Below are positions 11,550 to 23,463 of a stretch of 64,000 nt of DNA, piece after piece. How positions within the stretch are numbered: the first letter of the stretch is position 1; every line of letters starts with the position of its first letter. The stretch covers positions 2,418,001 through 2,482,000 of the forward strand of contig CM120640.1 in assembly GCA_051362555.1 (NCBI GenBank), written 5' to 3'. Origin of the DNA: Lingula anatina. Its lineage: Eukaryota; Animalia; Brachiopoda. The notes under the pieces are model-generated. The model made no database searches. It was not told the DNA's origin and saw nothing but the letters and a program-made list of their open reading frames with translations. The position numbers and the translations under genes are program-made.

Positions 11550-14500
11550 ATGTCCAGTGATAGTGGATCTATTGAAGAGCCTCATGCTGAGGACTCTCTG
11601 TCAGATCCAGACCCTGGTCAGATTGGAGCGCACAAAAGATGCCTGGAAGATGACACCACTGCTGTGGACACCAAAGCTGCCAGAATGATGGATGAAGGAG
11701 GTAATGAAATTGATTTTGATATGAAAATTATTGGTAAGATTATCCCAGGTTTATCTGGCAAAGCTAATTTCGGCTAAAGGATTTTACAGATAAAATGTCT
11801 TTTATGTCCAAAAGGTAGTTTCATGTGGATTGATAAGAAACTAGGAGACATAAGTTGACCATATGGTTACCCAGCACAGGATGAAGGTCTTGTCTTTTAA
11901 TGTGTGATGGGCCAGATTCAAACATGTTGCATAGGATTTTTACCAAAGGACCATGACCTGAATGACTTCAATAGATAAGCTTGGATGGATGTGTATGATT
12001 TCTTCATATATAAATATAACCATAAAGATGTCTGAAGTCCTTAAGTTAGCTCTCTGATTTAGATAAATATTTTGTGTATTTCTATGTATATCCAAAGCAG
12101 CTGTGATACATAAACTACAAAATGTCACCTTCATAAAGATGCTCTATATATCAAATTTCACAAAAGCTTTTGCATTAAAATCTTAAGAGCAATGAATCTT
12201 TATGATAAATGTGTTGGTTTTTAAAAATACTGGATAATGCTCAAGTGTAGGCTGTATCCTCACCTGTTTGATGAATACAAACGAGAATTTGATCTCACAA
12301 ACAGGTGAGATTAAAAGCATTTCAACTCAGATTATGAGATAAGGAATTCTACTCAAGAAATCTATGCCTGAACTTTCTGCATTAGTAACTAGGAAATGGG
12401 TGAGACCAAGACCAGATCTTCTCCTGTTAATTATACCTGTGAACTTTAGATTCAAGTATTTTGAGTAACAGGTCAATGGGAAGTGTGGAAGGAAATAAGG
12501 TGGAACACATTAATGCTTATTGATACTGTCAGGTCTAATGTTAGATTTTTTAACTAGATGTTAGTAACTGTACACCTGGTTTACCTGGAGTGATATTGCA
12601 GGAACAGGTGTTAAGGTTGAGCACTAAATGCTCTGCTGCCTGGTAGGGAGTAGTTTTCATAACTCTAAAGCAACACATATTGGTTTACGATACTGAATGC
12701 CATGTTGTAAAAAGCATGGAGGATTTTTAGACCTGTAGAGATAATTGTTGTGATGACTGGCTGTTGGATATGTAGCTAACTAGAAAATTCAGTTACTGTG
12801 CTGACTGATAATGAAGAATCTCTTTTTATTAGCATGTATGGATAATTTTCATAACTTTTCATAACATAGAAATATAAAAATATATTTTTCCTGTAATATA
12901 GGAAACAATTTTGTAAACGGTGATTTACAGTATTTTGTGTCTTGAGACAGTGTTTTGTTTAGCATATAGATGGGTGTGTTTTTTATGTAAAACAAGATGC
13001 AATATCAATCTCTGTTCTGTGACTAAATACACATGTGGTAAACACTTTGTGCTAAGTCATTTCGTAGTGATACTGCAGTATTTTATAATTGCATAGAGAA
13101 GGTTAAAAAAACCCCAATACACTCATAGCAAGCTACTCTTTCCATGCAAACATGCGAGTGGTAGATAAACAGAGGGATGTTTGAAAACATTTCTTTTATG
13201 TTCTGGTCTTGACTGCTGCCTGGTAAGATACCACAATATTGCAGACATGAGATTTAAATTTTGTGGTCCCTGCACATAAATAAAGCATACTTGTTTAGTG
13301 CAGAGTAAATGTGGTTTTCAAATTGCCAAAGCAATCTTTGCAGACTGATTGTTTTAACATAGAGTAACTGAAATGACTTTGGTTTAATGTGTAGTAATTG
13401 ACATAACTGATTGTCTTTAATGTGGAGTAACTTTAATGACTTTGAATGTTTAAATATGGATTAATTTAAAAGAAAAATTGCACACAACACAATTTATTTT
13501 AGAGAAATAACTAAACTAGTTAATAATTCCTATAGCTTGATTTTGGGCTACTATGGGTGCTGCAGATTTCAAAGGGGGATGATTTCATTTACATTCAGGT
13601 GAAGAGTTAGATGAAGATGGAGATCTCCAGGATGAAGGTGGAGATGAGGAGGACAACAGTGAGGATGAGAGTGAAAGTGGCAGTGAAGAGGAAGGAAGTG
13701 AAGAAGAAGAAGATGAGGAGGAAGAGGAAGAAGGTGAAGGTAGGCAAAAAGAAGGCTTAAAGTGATGATATACAGTATTACCGTTTCCATAGACTGGGCA
13801 AGTTGTCATAGAGTTTAGGTGTGGTATGTTGCACCTACTCTTCAACATCTATTTAGTCAGAATTTACCAAACTTTTGGCTTTTTTGTTCTGCCACTTTTT
13901 GATGTTAGGTTTTAAGAAACACTGTTTTTTCATACAGAAGAGTGGGAAACAGATGAGGATGGCGAAGATGAAGAAGAAGTAGGAGATGATGAAGAAGAAG
14001 AAGAAGAGGATGAAGATGATGAAATAGAGAATGACAAAGAAGACTCAAGCCTTGTATTAGGTGCAGGAGAGGATAGTGATGCTGGCAGTGACGGAGAGAC
14101 GGAGCGCTGTCCAGTGTGTCTGAACAGACTGCTGGACCAAGATGTGGGAACACCAGAGGCCTGTGACCACAACTTTTGTCTCGAGTGCATCAATGAATGG
14201 GCTAAGGTACAGATGAATTAAATATGAACAGCAAGGAATATTTATCTTGATGATGCATTAAACATTGCGTTCAAACATGCATATTTATAACTGTGATGTA
14301 TATTTGATACCACATATGGTGATAATTTACAGATAATATTATTGCATGTTTTCATTAAACTTAATTGTTGGTTCTGAAAGATAAAAACCTGTCATATTAA
14401 TTTCATATTTTACCTGTTTCACTGTAGTAAAGTTATTTATGTCATTTAAATGGTATGTTAAAATATTTTGCAGAATGTCAATACCTGCCCCGTGGATCGC

Positions 14501-17500
14501 CATGTTTTCCATATTATCCTGGCTAGACATTCATTGGAAGGGACTGTCTACAAAAAGGTATTTTTGTAACAATATTTTGGGGAAAGCAAATCTATCTTGG
14601 GGAAAGCAAATCTATCTATCCAAAGTCAGGATATAGTTCATTTTAAAAGTTAGTTACAAATAGCATAATCAAATTTTACTGAGCAAAAATATTTATCAGC
14701 CAGGTTGGTTCATGTGTGGTTTGCTTGTATAGAAATCTGAAGTTAGGTTGAAATTTATGCAATATATCATTCTCTAAGTAAAGGATGTTGATTTTGTCCT
14801 AGATCCCAGTGGAAGATGTTAATAAGCAGGGTGAGGAGGAAGATGAAGAAGAGCCAACTGTGTGTGAGGTTTGTGGAAGGTCTGACAGGGAAGACCGTCT
14901 GCTGCTCTGTGATGGCTGTGATGCGGGGTATGTGAATAAATCAATAATGTATAAATAGATGTATGGGAGTAAGTTAAAGGTTTGGGTGTGGTACTGTAAG
15001 GCATCTGCCGAGTTATGGTGGGGAAAAGTGAACTTGTATTTTGTAATTCATTTTATATTGATAGTAGACAAGAACATGTCAGCATCAGCTTGTCCCTCCC
15101 TTCTTATTGTCTTATGCACTAAACTGTAATATCTCAAAAGAAGAAGCTATGATTTATTAAAATATGACATTCAGGGCCGTAGCCTGAGCAAAATGCCAGG
15201 GGGGGCAGTAAGCAGACACGAGGGGGCGAAGCCCCCGAGGGGGTAGGGTGTGGGAAGTCCCCCTCCCACGGTGTGGAAATTTTTTTAAAACTATGTATAA
15301 TACTGCATTCTGGTGCATTTTAACTGTTATTTATTGCTCAATTAGAAGTCAGAAATTGCGATTATTTTTTTGCACCTCAAATCCCAGGGGGGGCAGCTGA
15401 CCCCCCTGCCCCCCCGGAGGCTACGGCCCTGACATTGTTACTTTTGTCATTTAATTATGTGTTCTATCTCTGTTCTCTGTCCCAGGTATCACTTGGAGTG
15501 CCTGAACCCTCCTCTGGAAGATGTCCCAGTGGAGGAGTGGTTCTGTCCTGAATGTGCACATGATCATCCACAAGGTAAGTTGTATATTACAACAGACATG
15601 ATTTAAGTGGAAACCTGATATTTTTCTTGGCAGTAAAGATTTGAAAATGGATGCAGAGAAGAGTGTTTGTGTGGGAAGAACAGAGATGCGATATGCATGC
15701 CTCACAGTCTATTATTCATATGTAATCTTTAACTCAGTCTTATTTAGCTGAGACTGAGTGACTGGGGGCGACAGTTCTGGCAGTGGTAGAGAGCATACAT
15801 CATTGTATCGTCTAGTATGTAACATAATTCTTTATTATACAGCCAGTGCTGAGCGGGAGTCCCCAGGGGCGGCAGTTCTGGCAGTGGTAGAGAGCATGCA
15901 TCAGCTGCACACCACACACAGGCAGATACCACGTACCAGGGTGGCAGACAGGGTCAGGAGGAACATACAGAGAAACAGGGAGGCTGTCTTCCTTAACATG
16001 GAGGTATGTCAGGGTTTGTTTTTTCCCTTGTGGAGAGAGGTGGGTGATAGAAGATTTTCCAAAGCACAGAGTTTTTTGAGTCATGTCAGTTTTTAACAGA
16101 ATACTTGTTTGATGACTTTAAGTCAGAGAATCTTAGTTTTCAGTTTGCTTGTATTTAATGGATTTAACAGTGATTTATAGTCTAACAAAGTTCATTTTGG
16201 AAATTAACCTTGAAGTGACCTTGAACTTTTCCTGTGTTGTAGGAGGGGGCTAGAGGCACATCATTCTTTGGATCCCCACCAGGTAGAAAACCTGCTGCTA
16301 AAAAGACCACCAAGAAAAGAAAAACCACAAAGAAGAGGAAAACAACTAAAAGAAAGACTAAAAAGAGGAAAAGCACCACAAAGAAGACTGGTACAAAGAA
16401 GAGGAGGAAAACTAGAAGGAAGAAGAGAAAGGTGAACTGAATTCTATGTATTCTGTTGTAAAGTAAATGCTAATTGTATGTGGAAGAGACATACAGCACT
16501 GTTGTTATCAGAGAAAAGGTGAAAAAATTATTAATCTGGTATTGGTCTATTATCATGTTGGGAAATTGAAAAAATGTAGTACATCTTTCTAAGTCCTTTA
16601 TTTATATTTTTTGTATTGTAACTGGATTATAATCATTAAGAAGGAATCATAAATGGGTAACTGTGTCTTATCACCAGGTAAAGAAATCCACCCCAGCGGC
16701 AGCATCAGCCAGGGTGAAGCAAGCCACACCAACGTCAGTCAAGAGCAGACTAGCAGGGAGGTTAGGATTAACCAAACCCCCAGCCGGACGGTCCATTCCT
16801 TTGGTCAAGAAAAAACCAGGAAGGTCTGTAGACACTCAGAGAGTGGACATGGGAGTCGCTCCACTGTCCATCTTGGGACACAAAGATGATCTGGATATCT
16901 TATATGACAGGTAAAGAGGACTTGAAACATGGTGTTTGAATTCTGCTTGAGGGCTGGGGTGTTTTGTTTTTGCCTAGGGTTGATAATGGGACTTTTTGTG
17001 TAATTGGAAAATTAACATGAACTTCGCAGGACAACCTGAAGGTAAAGTAGACATGATTGGAAAAGATGGTGCTGTGAGAAAAAAGATTGGGACCAATCGC
17101 AAAGAATTTTTATGGTCAAGTAGAAAATGCCTTTATTTCTTGATCATTGAAACTGGAGTCTTTAATTGTTTAGTGTATACATTAAACAATTCTTATATTA
17201 CAATGCAAGTAATACTGTTTTGTATTTTCCTTTGTTAACCCTAGTGATGGCAACTCTCTACCTGACACTGCACCAGGCACCTCAGCTCAGAACTCTGAGA
17301 GAAAGGAGAAGGGACAGACGTACTCCAAGTTGGCACTGAGGTCCAAACAACGCCTTGCTGCTCCCGTTATCAACAGGTAAGCTTTAATATCTGGATCCTT
17401 CATAGTGTGCTACTAGTGTTTTATAATGTGCAGCACCCTTTGTGGTCGTCTGTTTAATATGGGAAAGTTTTAACTGTCCTACACAGCAGAGATGTCAGGA

Positions 17501-20500
17501 CTCTTCATGGAACATAGTCCAGTCATACCTGAGCATTTGATATAAATATAGGTCAATAAAGTACATGATTCAGACCAACCCGGGGGATAGTCATTACTTT
17601 TGTCACTATTCTCATTGTCTGTTCCCACTTTTTCACATGAAGTCTACATGAACTGTTTAGTGGTAGTGCTTATTAATTGTGTGGTCAAATCAGAAGCATC
17701 AGACCTATCATTTTTGTTCACATTCATCCAGATCCTCAAGAGAAGAGAAGCCAGCTGTTGCTGATGATGGTGGTGGTGGTGAGAGTAGTGGTTCCTTTGA
17801 CCTGTTAGGCAGTATCATGGCTGGACAGTCCATACTACACACCAAGAGTGAACATGTCACCATTGGGAGAGATGGTGAGTATTGATGAGCTCTTCCCACC
17901 CCCATCCCCCCAGAAAAATAAAATGTACAGTAGATAAATGAAAAGAAATAAAAAAAAAAACACATAAGGTTTCAATCTATAATCTTGTTTTTCACAGTAA
18001 TTGTTATTATTTGATTCCAAGAACTCTGCCTCCTGTTTTATCAAATGAAATGGCTCTATTGTTTCTCTTCCAGGATCACTTAAAATGAAAGCCAGTTCAC
18101 CACCCAGGTCAGGTGCTAAATCAAGTCCGCTCAAAAATGATTCAAAAGAGAACTCTGAAAATGATATTTTAAAGACGGACAAAATCTTCCAAGAGGGAAT
18201 AAATCAAGATACACCATCAGAGACTTTAGAAAGAGTTGACAGTGATGTTGAACAGGATGACATGGAAACTACAGACATTTTGTCCACAGAATTAAACAAA
18301 AGCACTGATATTTTGCAGAGAGAAAGTATGGAGGAGGTAGGTGGGAGTCAAAGTGCAGCCATTTTCAGGGTGATCAGGTGGACACAAACAAGAGGAAGAA
18401 TTGTCTCAAGCTATTCTTAAATATTGTTCTGTAATAGATAGTGGTATATGGGAAATTGTTTTTGTTTGTTAAAATTATTGTAGTAATTTTAACCTCTTTT
18501 CATTCAGGATCTCAGTATGGAGTTAGAGGAAGATAATTTGCAAGAGGAAGGAAAAGATGAAGATGACATTGAAGGAACACCATTAGAGGTTGATTATAAT
18601 TTAGGGGAAAGTAACAATAAGAAGGAATGTAAAGAAGGAGAGTCTGATAATGAAAAGGAAAGTGAACTGAAAGAAAACAAGAATGAAAACCATGCAGATG
18701 TTAAAAATGATAACATCACAGTTGAGGAAGACACTTACGAAGGATGTGACGCTATGGCAGGTTTGGATTCTTTTATGCAAACAAATAAAGTGCCAATTTC
18801 TGAGCTGCCTCGCATTCCAAAAATGAAAAAGGAATCAGAAAATGGTTCCTCGGCAATGAATCTAGATACATCAGAAGAATCGGAGTCCAAACTGAATCAG
18901 GAAAAAGTTGTTTTACAGGATGAAACTGGGAAAGAAAGCGCAATTGAGACAGACACACCAAAAATGGAAGAGGAATCGGAAGAATCTGACCGAAAAGATT
19001 CAAAACGACATAGGAGAGACAGTGAGGAGGATAAGGGAGACAATAGAAATGAGGAAAGACGGCATAGTAAAAAGAAACATAAACACAAACGCAGTCGATC
19101 TCGTTCAAGGGAGAGATCCAGAGACAAATCACGATCTCGTAGGTCAGGGTCTAGGACACGGATGCATAGATCTCGTGAAAGAACTAGAAGTGGAGATGAC
19201 AATATTCATGACAAGGAAAGCTCAAAACACACCTCTGACAGAGACAGGGATAGAGATAAGCATGATAGTTGGTCTAGGAGAAGGAGATCAAAATCTAGGA
19301 GTCCGTCACGAAATGTTGACATGAGGAGAACGCGTGAGGATTCCTCGGAAAAAAGATCTGAAAACAAAAAATATTCTTTGGAAATTACTGTGAAAAATGA
19401 ACTGTCACAATCAGATGGTGTAAATGATGATGCTGGCAAAAGGTCACACAAACATGACTCTGATACTGATTCAAGGCGATTCAGGAACAAGAGAGATTTT
19501 CGTGGCAGTGCAGATGTCAATGAACCAAAGAGACCCCATCTTGAGAGCACTGTTACTGTTGTACATACTGATAAATTTGGGGATAGAAATAGAGACAAGT
19601 CAGACAGGGACAAGGATAGGAATGATAGATCTCGAAACAGGGATAATTACAGGGATTCTAGAAAGGATAGCAACCACAAACAAATGGATTCTAGGTTACC
19701 GCATACTGTTCCAGCTTCAATTCCTTCCTTAATGAGTCTCGTTCCTACCACTTCAACTGTTCTGGCGAACTCAAAAGACTCCATTTTTCCACCAGAATTA
19801 GAAACCAATGACAAACCAGATGATTTGTTTTACGACCCATTACAACCCACGGATTCTGACTCACCAAACCCAACACCAGATGTTCATTTTACTGATGCCT
19901 CTGCCGCAGGGTTCCCATTTAACCTGATGGAGCAGATACCTCATATCACAACTACAGCCCCCAGTGGTCTGTTGGGGCAGGAACACGGGGTTATACCTGT
20001 TAGCTCTGCAGTGAATGGGCCAGGTGAACCTGGGATGTTTAATTTAATACAACAAGGCCCAGGGGGTGGAATACCTCTACGATTCCTAGCTAATCTCCCC
20101 CCAGGGGTCCACCCTGCTGCACTGCCCCGCCATCCACTGTTAATGAACCACCCCTTACTACTTAATGGCCCCCACTTGGGCCAACTTCCCCCAGGGATGC
20201 TGCCTGCTCACCTTGCTATGCAGATGAACACCCAAAATCTTCTCCTTCAGCAGCAGTCCAGTCGGTTCAGACTGACTGCCCCTCCCCCACAGCCAGGCCA
20301 GGCCCAGCCCCCAGAGCACCTGCAGAGACTGCCAGGGAGTGAGAACTTACAGAGATTTCAGCTCAACCACCCGGTCACTACAACACTGTCACAACCCATA
20401 CTGGCTGACCTACCACCAGGCTTTGAACACCCTGGAATCCCACATTTACCACCCCCAGGGTCAACCTTGCCTGGGCAGCACCGCCCCCCTCCTGGAGGTC

Positions 20501-22116
20501 TGGGCCTGCTCCCCACCCCACCAGGCCCCCCACCTCCAATCAGTCTTCCAGAAGGGGTGCTTCCCCACCCACCTAGTCCTCATTCTCTCTCTTCCATGCC
20601 TCCCCCTTTAAATAACATCCCCCTGCCTAAGACCAGCTTTACCCCCACATCATTACCCCAGGGGAATTCCCTCCCACAGGGGATAGCCACACTTCCCAAA
20701 GGAGTCAATCTTTCAGTGCCACCGCCCCAGGGAGTCAATTTATCAGTTCCACCCCCATCTACACCCCCTAATGCAGTAGACACGCCCCCTAATGCTGCCC
20801 TCATCCACATGGAAGCCATTGGGAAGATACTGTCAGCTCAGGTTGGGTTACATCCCAAGGGAAATGGAGGAGGAGAGGAGGGCGTGTTCAAAGTCCCTCT
20901 GCCACCCCCACTGGGGGGCGCCACAGTCAAGCACGGGAGGCTGGGAGAGGGGGGTAACGGTGTGGCCAATCATAACCACCCCACAGGGGCGGAGACCACG
21001 GAGGTAGTAGACATGGAAGTGGCCTCGCCCACAGATGATGTGGACATATCCTATTCACCTCCTGATGATATAATGCCAATGGAGAACAATGACAAAAAAC
21101 CTGCTAATAATAAAAACAGTGTCACTTTCAGCCTGGTTGATCCTCCTGAGGACATGCCTTCATCTGCTGTGGAATTGGACAAGCAGGAAAAAGTAAGACT
21201 AAAATAGATTTAAATGTTGAGGATTTAGAAAATGAAAATGAAAAAATTTAGTAGATTTGTAGCAAGAGGTGAGATCACAAAATCCACTTTTTGAAAGCTT
21301 CATTAAAAGTTGTATCATTCAAGCATTGACAATTGAAGCTATATTTATACTATTGCACTCTGATCTGTTTGTCACAGTAAAATGTCACCTAAAGCTGCAG
21401 TAACACACTTTGACATTTCTGTTTTATCATTATTTTTTCCTTTGTAGTTCATGAAGAAGCTGAACCGCCAGGAGAGAGTGGTGGAGGAGGTGAAACTGGC
21501 TGTCAAACCTTATTATGCTATGAAGAAAATAGATAAAAATGAATACAAGGAAATACTGAGGAAAGCTGTGCCAAAAGTAAGTACTGAGTGGTTAACTGAT
21601 TCACAGGTTATCAAAATGAATTGTATTGACCTAACTAATATGGGACTCTCCCTAAATGCAATCAGATTAACAGAACAACAGCCCTCCTGGTAAATAGAAT
21701 ATAGAAAAGCTGGTGGTTGTACGAGTACATTGGAAACGGGAGGCGGCGTGTCAAGTCTGTTAATCTGATTGCATTCAGCAAGTCCCTGTGGAGTTAGTAA
21801 GCACTTACTAATTTAACAAATCCTTGTGAATGGTTCCAATTGAAATAGTGATAAAAAAAATGTGCTATATCAGATTGGAATGATAGATTGAATTGCCATT
21901 TCCTCAAAATGAGAGTAAAGTCCATATCGATATTTGATGAGATTTTCTTATTGTTGAAATGTATTTTTTTTTTTACTTCAGATTTGTCACAGCAAAAGTG
22001 GTGATATCAATCCACTGAAGATCAAGACTTTGATTGGGGCATATGTACAGAAAATCAGACAGACTAAAAAATGGGAAAACAAGAAACCAAGCTCAAAAAA
22101 TAAAGGACGAAGGTGA
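11550..22116 (+). CDS. PHRF1: PHD and RING finger domain-containing protein 1-like (acidic N-terminus, RING, PHD, RS-rich, Pro-rich, C-terminal SRI/CTD-binding domain), about 15 exons
   Basis: RING: [33 protein letters not shown]|[12 protein letters not shown]: [22 protein letters not shown]|[23 protein letters not shown]. Also [31 protein letters not shown], and the SRI domain [31 protein letters not shown]|[11 protein letters not shown]. One 2.7-kb exon at 18508-21192. TGA at 22114-22116. Confidence 0.92.
15172..15431. mobile_element. 260-bp MITE with a 5-bp TSD (hAT5-like) in a PHRF1 intron
   Basis: Perfect 14-bp TIR CAGGGCCGTAGCCT/AGGCTACGGCCCTG. Flanking direct repeat ACATT at 15167-15171 and 15432-15436. 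Internal G/C runs. Confidence 0.85.
21624..21800. mobile_element. Degenerate palindromic MITE in the last PHRF1 intron; related copy near 51840-51950
   Basis: Arms GGGACT..AATGCAATCAGATTAACAGA and TCTGTTAATCTGATTGCATT..AGTCCC. The internal segment 21690-21736 is the reverse-complement homologue of 51841-51885. Confidence 0.65.
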
Positions 22117-23463
22117 TAGAAACCAGTATTATAGGACAAGTGGCACTGGTGCACAGGTTGGATACCAGTGACAGAGGACAATATCATTATTTTAATGGTG
22201 CGCATGCTTTGGCATCTGTCTCAGGCCATCCTTATTTAAGTTATAGTGTACAACATTAATTCGAATTCTTGGAGAAATTTTCAAAAAAATGACGTAATTT
22301 CTAGACCTCTGTATAATGTTACGTGACATTCAAGGTGCCAAAGCCTCAGAAGATTTTGGTGCTGATCTGCGGCATAGGACATTTACTCAGCATAGACGAT
22401 GGCAACTTTCCCCAAAGGCAGAGCATTTGTTTTAAGAAAAACAATCAAGAGTAATCTTGAATGTCAAAATGTTTTCTCTGTGAACTGTCGTTAAAATTGT
22501 TCTTGTATTAAAATTGATGAATGGGAACGTTTTAAAATCATGTGTAAGAGACAAATTTGCTCTATAAATTCTGGCCCTGTGCCATTATGCATAATTCTAG
22601 TTGTTTCTGGTTTTGTAGACCACATTTCTTCAATATGTATTGCTTACAATGCTGTTATTTTGTAAATGAATTAGTGATTATGAAGATATTACCTGTACTC
22701 TTTTTCTTTATAGTCTTAATTATTTAATAAGGGAAAATAAAATGTAAGTAATTACATTCTTATATCAAGTTGTAAGGTGGTGTTCACTATTAATCTGCAT
22801 ATCATTAATTATAAGGAGTTTGAACACATTGGAATGGTACTACCGTCATTAAAAAGATGAAGCAAATATACCAAACATAAATTTCATAAAACATTTTTAT
22901 TCCCAATTCAGTCTTTCAAAATTGGAATGGTAGTAGTTTTGGTTAAAGCTACTGTCAGATCTTTATTAACAATATAAGATATGCATACAACTCATTATCT
23001 CAGTATTGCACCGTTTATTTAACCTTTAATCATGGAAATCCTCCACAGTGTCACTGGTATACCTGTGGACTCAAATGGGCCACCACTTGTCAATAAGTCA
23101 TTTTTATGTGGATAAACTGCCTTGATGAATGCATCTAGCAATAACTACCACAAGCCAAGAGCAACTTGAAGACTCTCAATAAAGCACAAATGTGTCGTTT
23201 TACATTGCCTAGCCCATTTTGATTGCCCCCTTGGTATCACTTCTCACTTTTCAGACCACAGAAAAGTCCAGGGCCGGCTTTCACGAAACGTTTCGCAGTT
23301 TGCGCAATTGCGCAAAGTCCTTTTTTGCGAACAGACCCTTTCACGAACGTTTCGCAATGTAATATTGCGCAAAATAATGCGCTATTTACGCAAGATATTT
23401 GGTACAGCTCCGACCCTGTCGCTAAGTCTTTGCGCATGCGTAACTTGGCGTTCACCTAGCGCA

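Noticed and set aside
12257-12311. Short hairpin TCACCTGTTTG/CAAACAGGTGA as a pre-miRNA
   Set aside because: The stem is only about 12-14 bp with a large unpaired loop. More likely a MITE remnant or chance.
13569-14193. Ser-rich and His/Leu-rich minus-strand ORFs
   Set aside because: Antisense shadows of the acidic GAA/GAT-rich PHRF1 exons.
18773-21007. Multiple antisense and alternate-frame ORFs
   Set aside because: Shadows of the low-complexity RS-rich and Pro-rich PHRF1 exon.
23308-23463. N-terminal extension of the 235-aa transposase ORF from a TTG start
   Set aside because: It starts at a non-ATG codon inside the subterminal repeats. The first ATG at 23464 gives a typical 349-aa protein.
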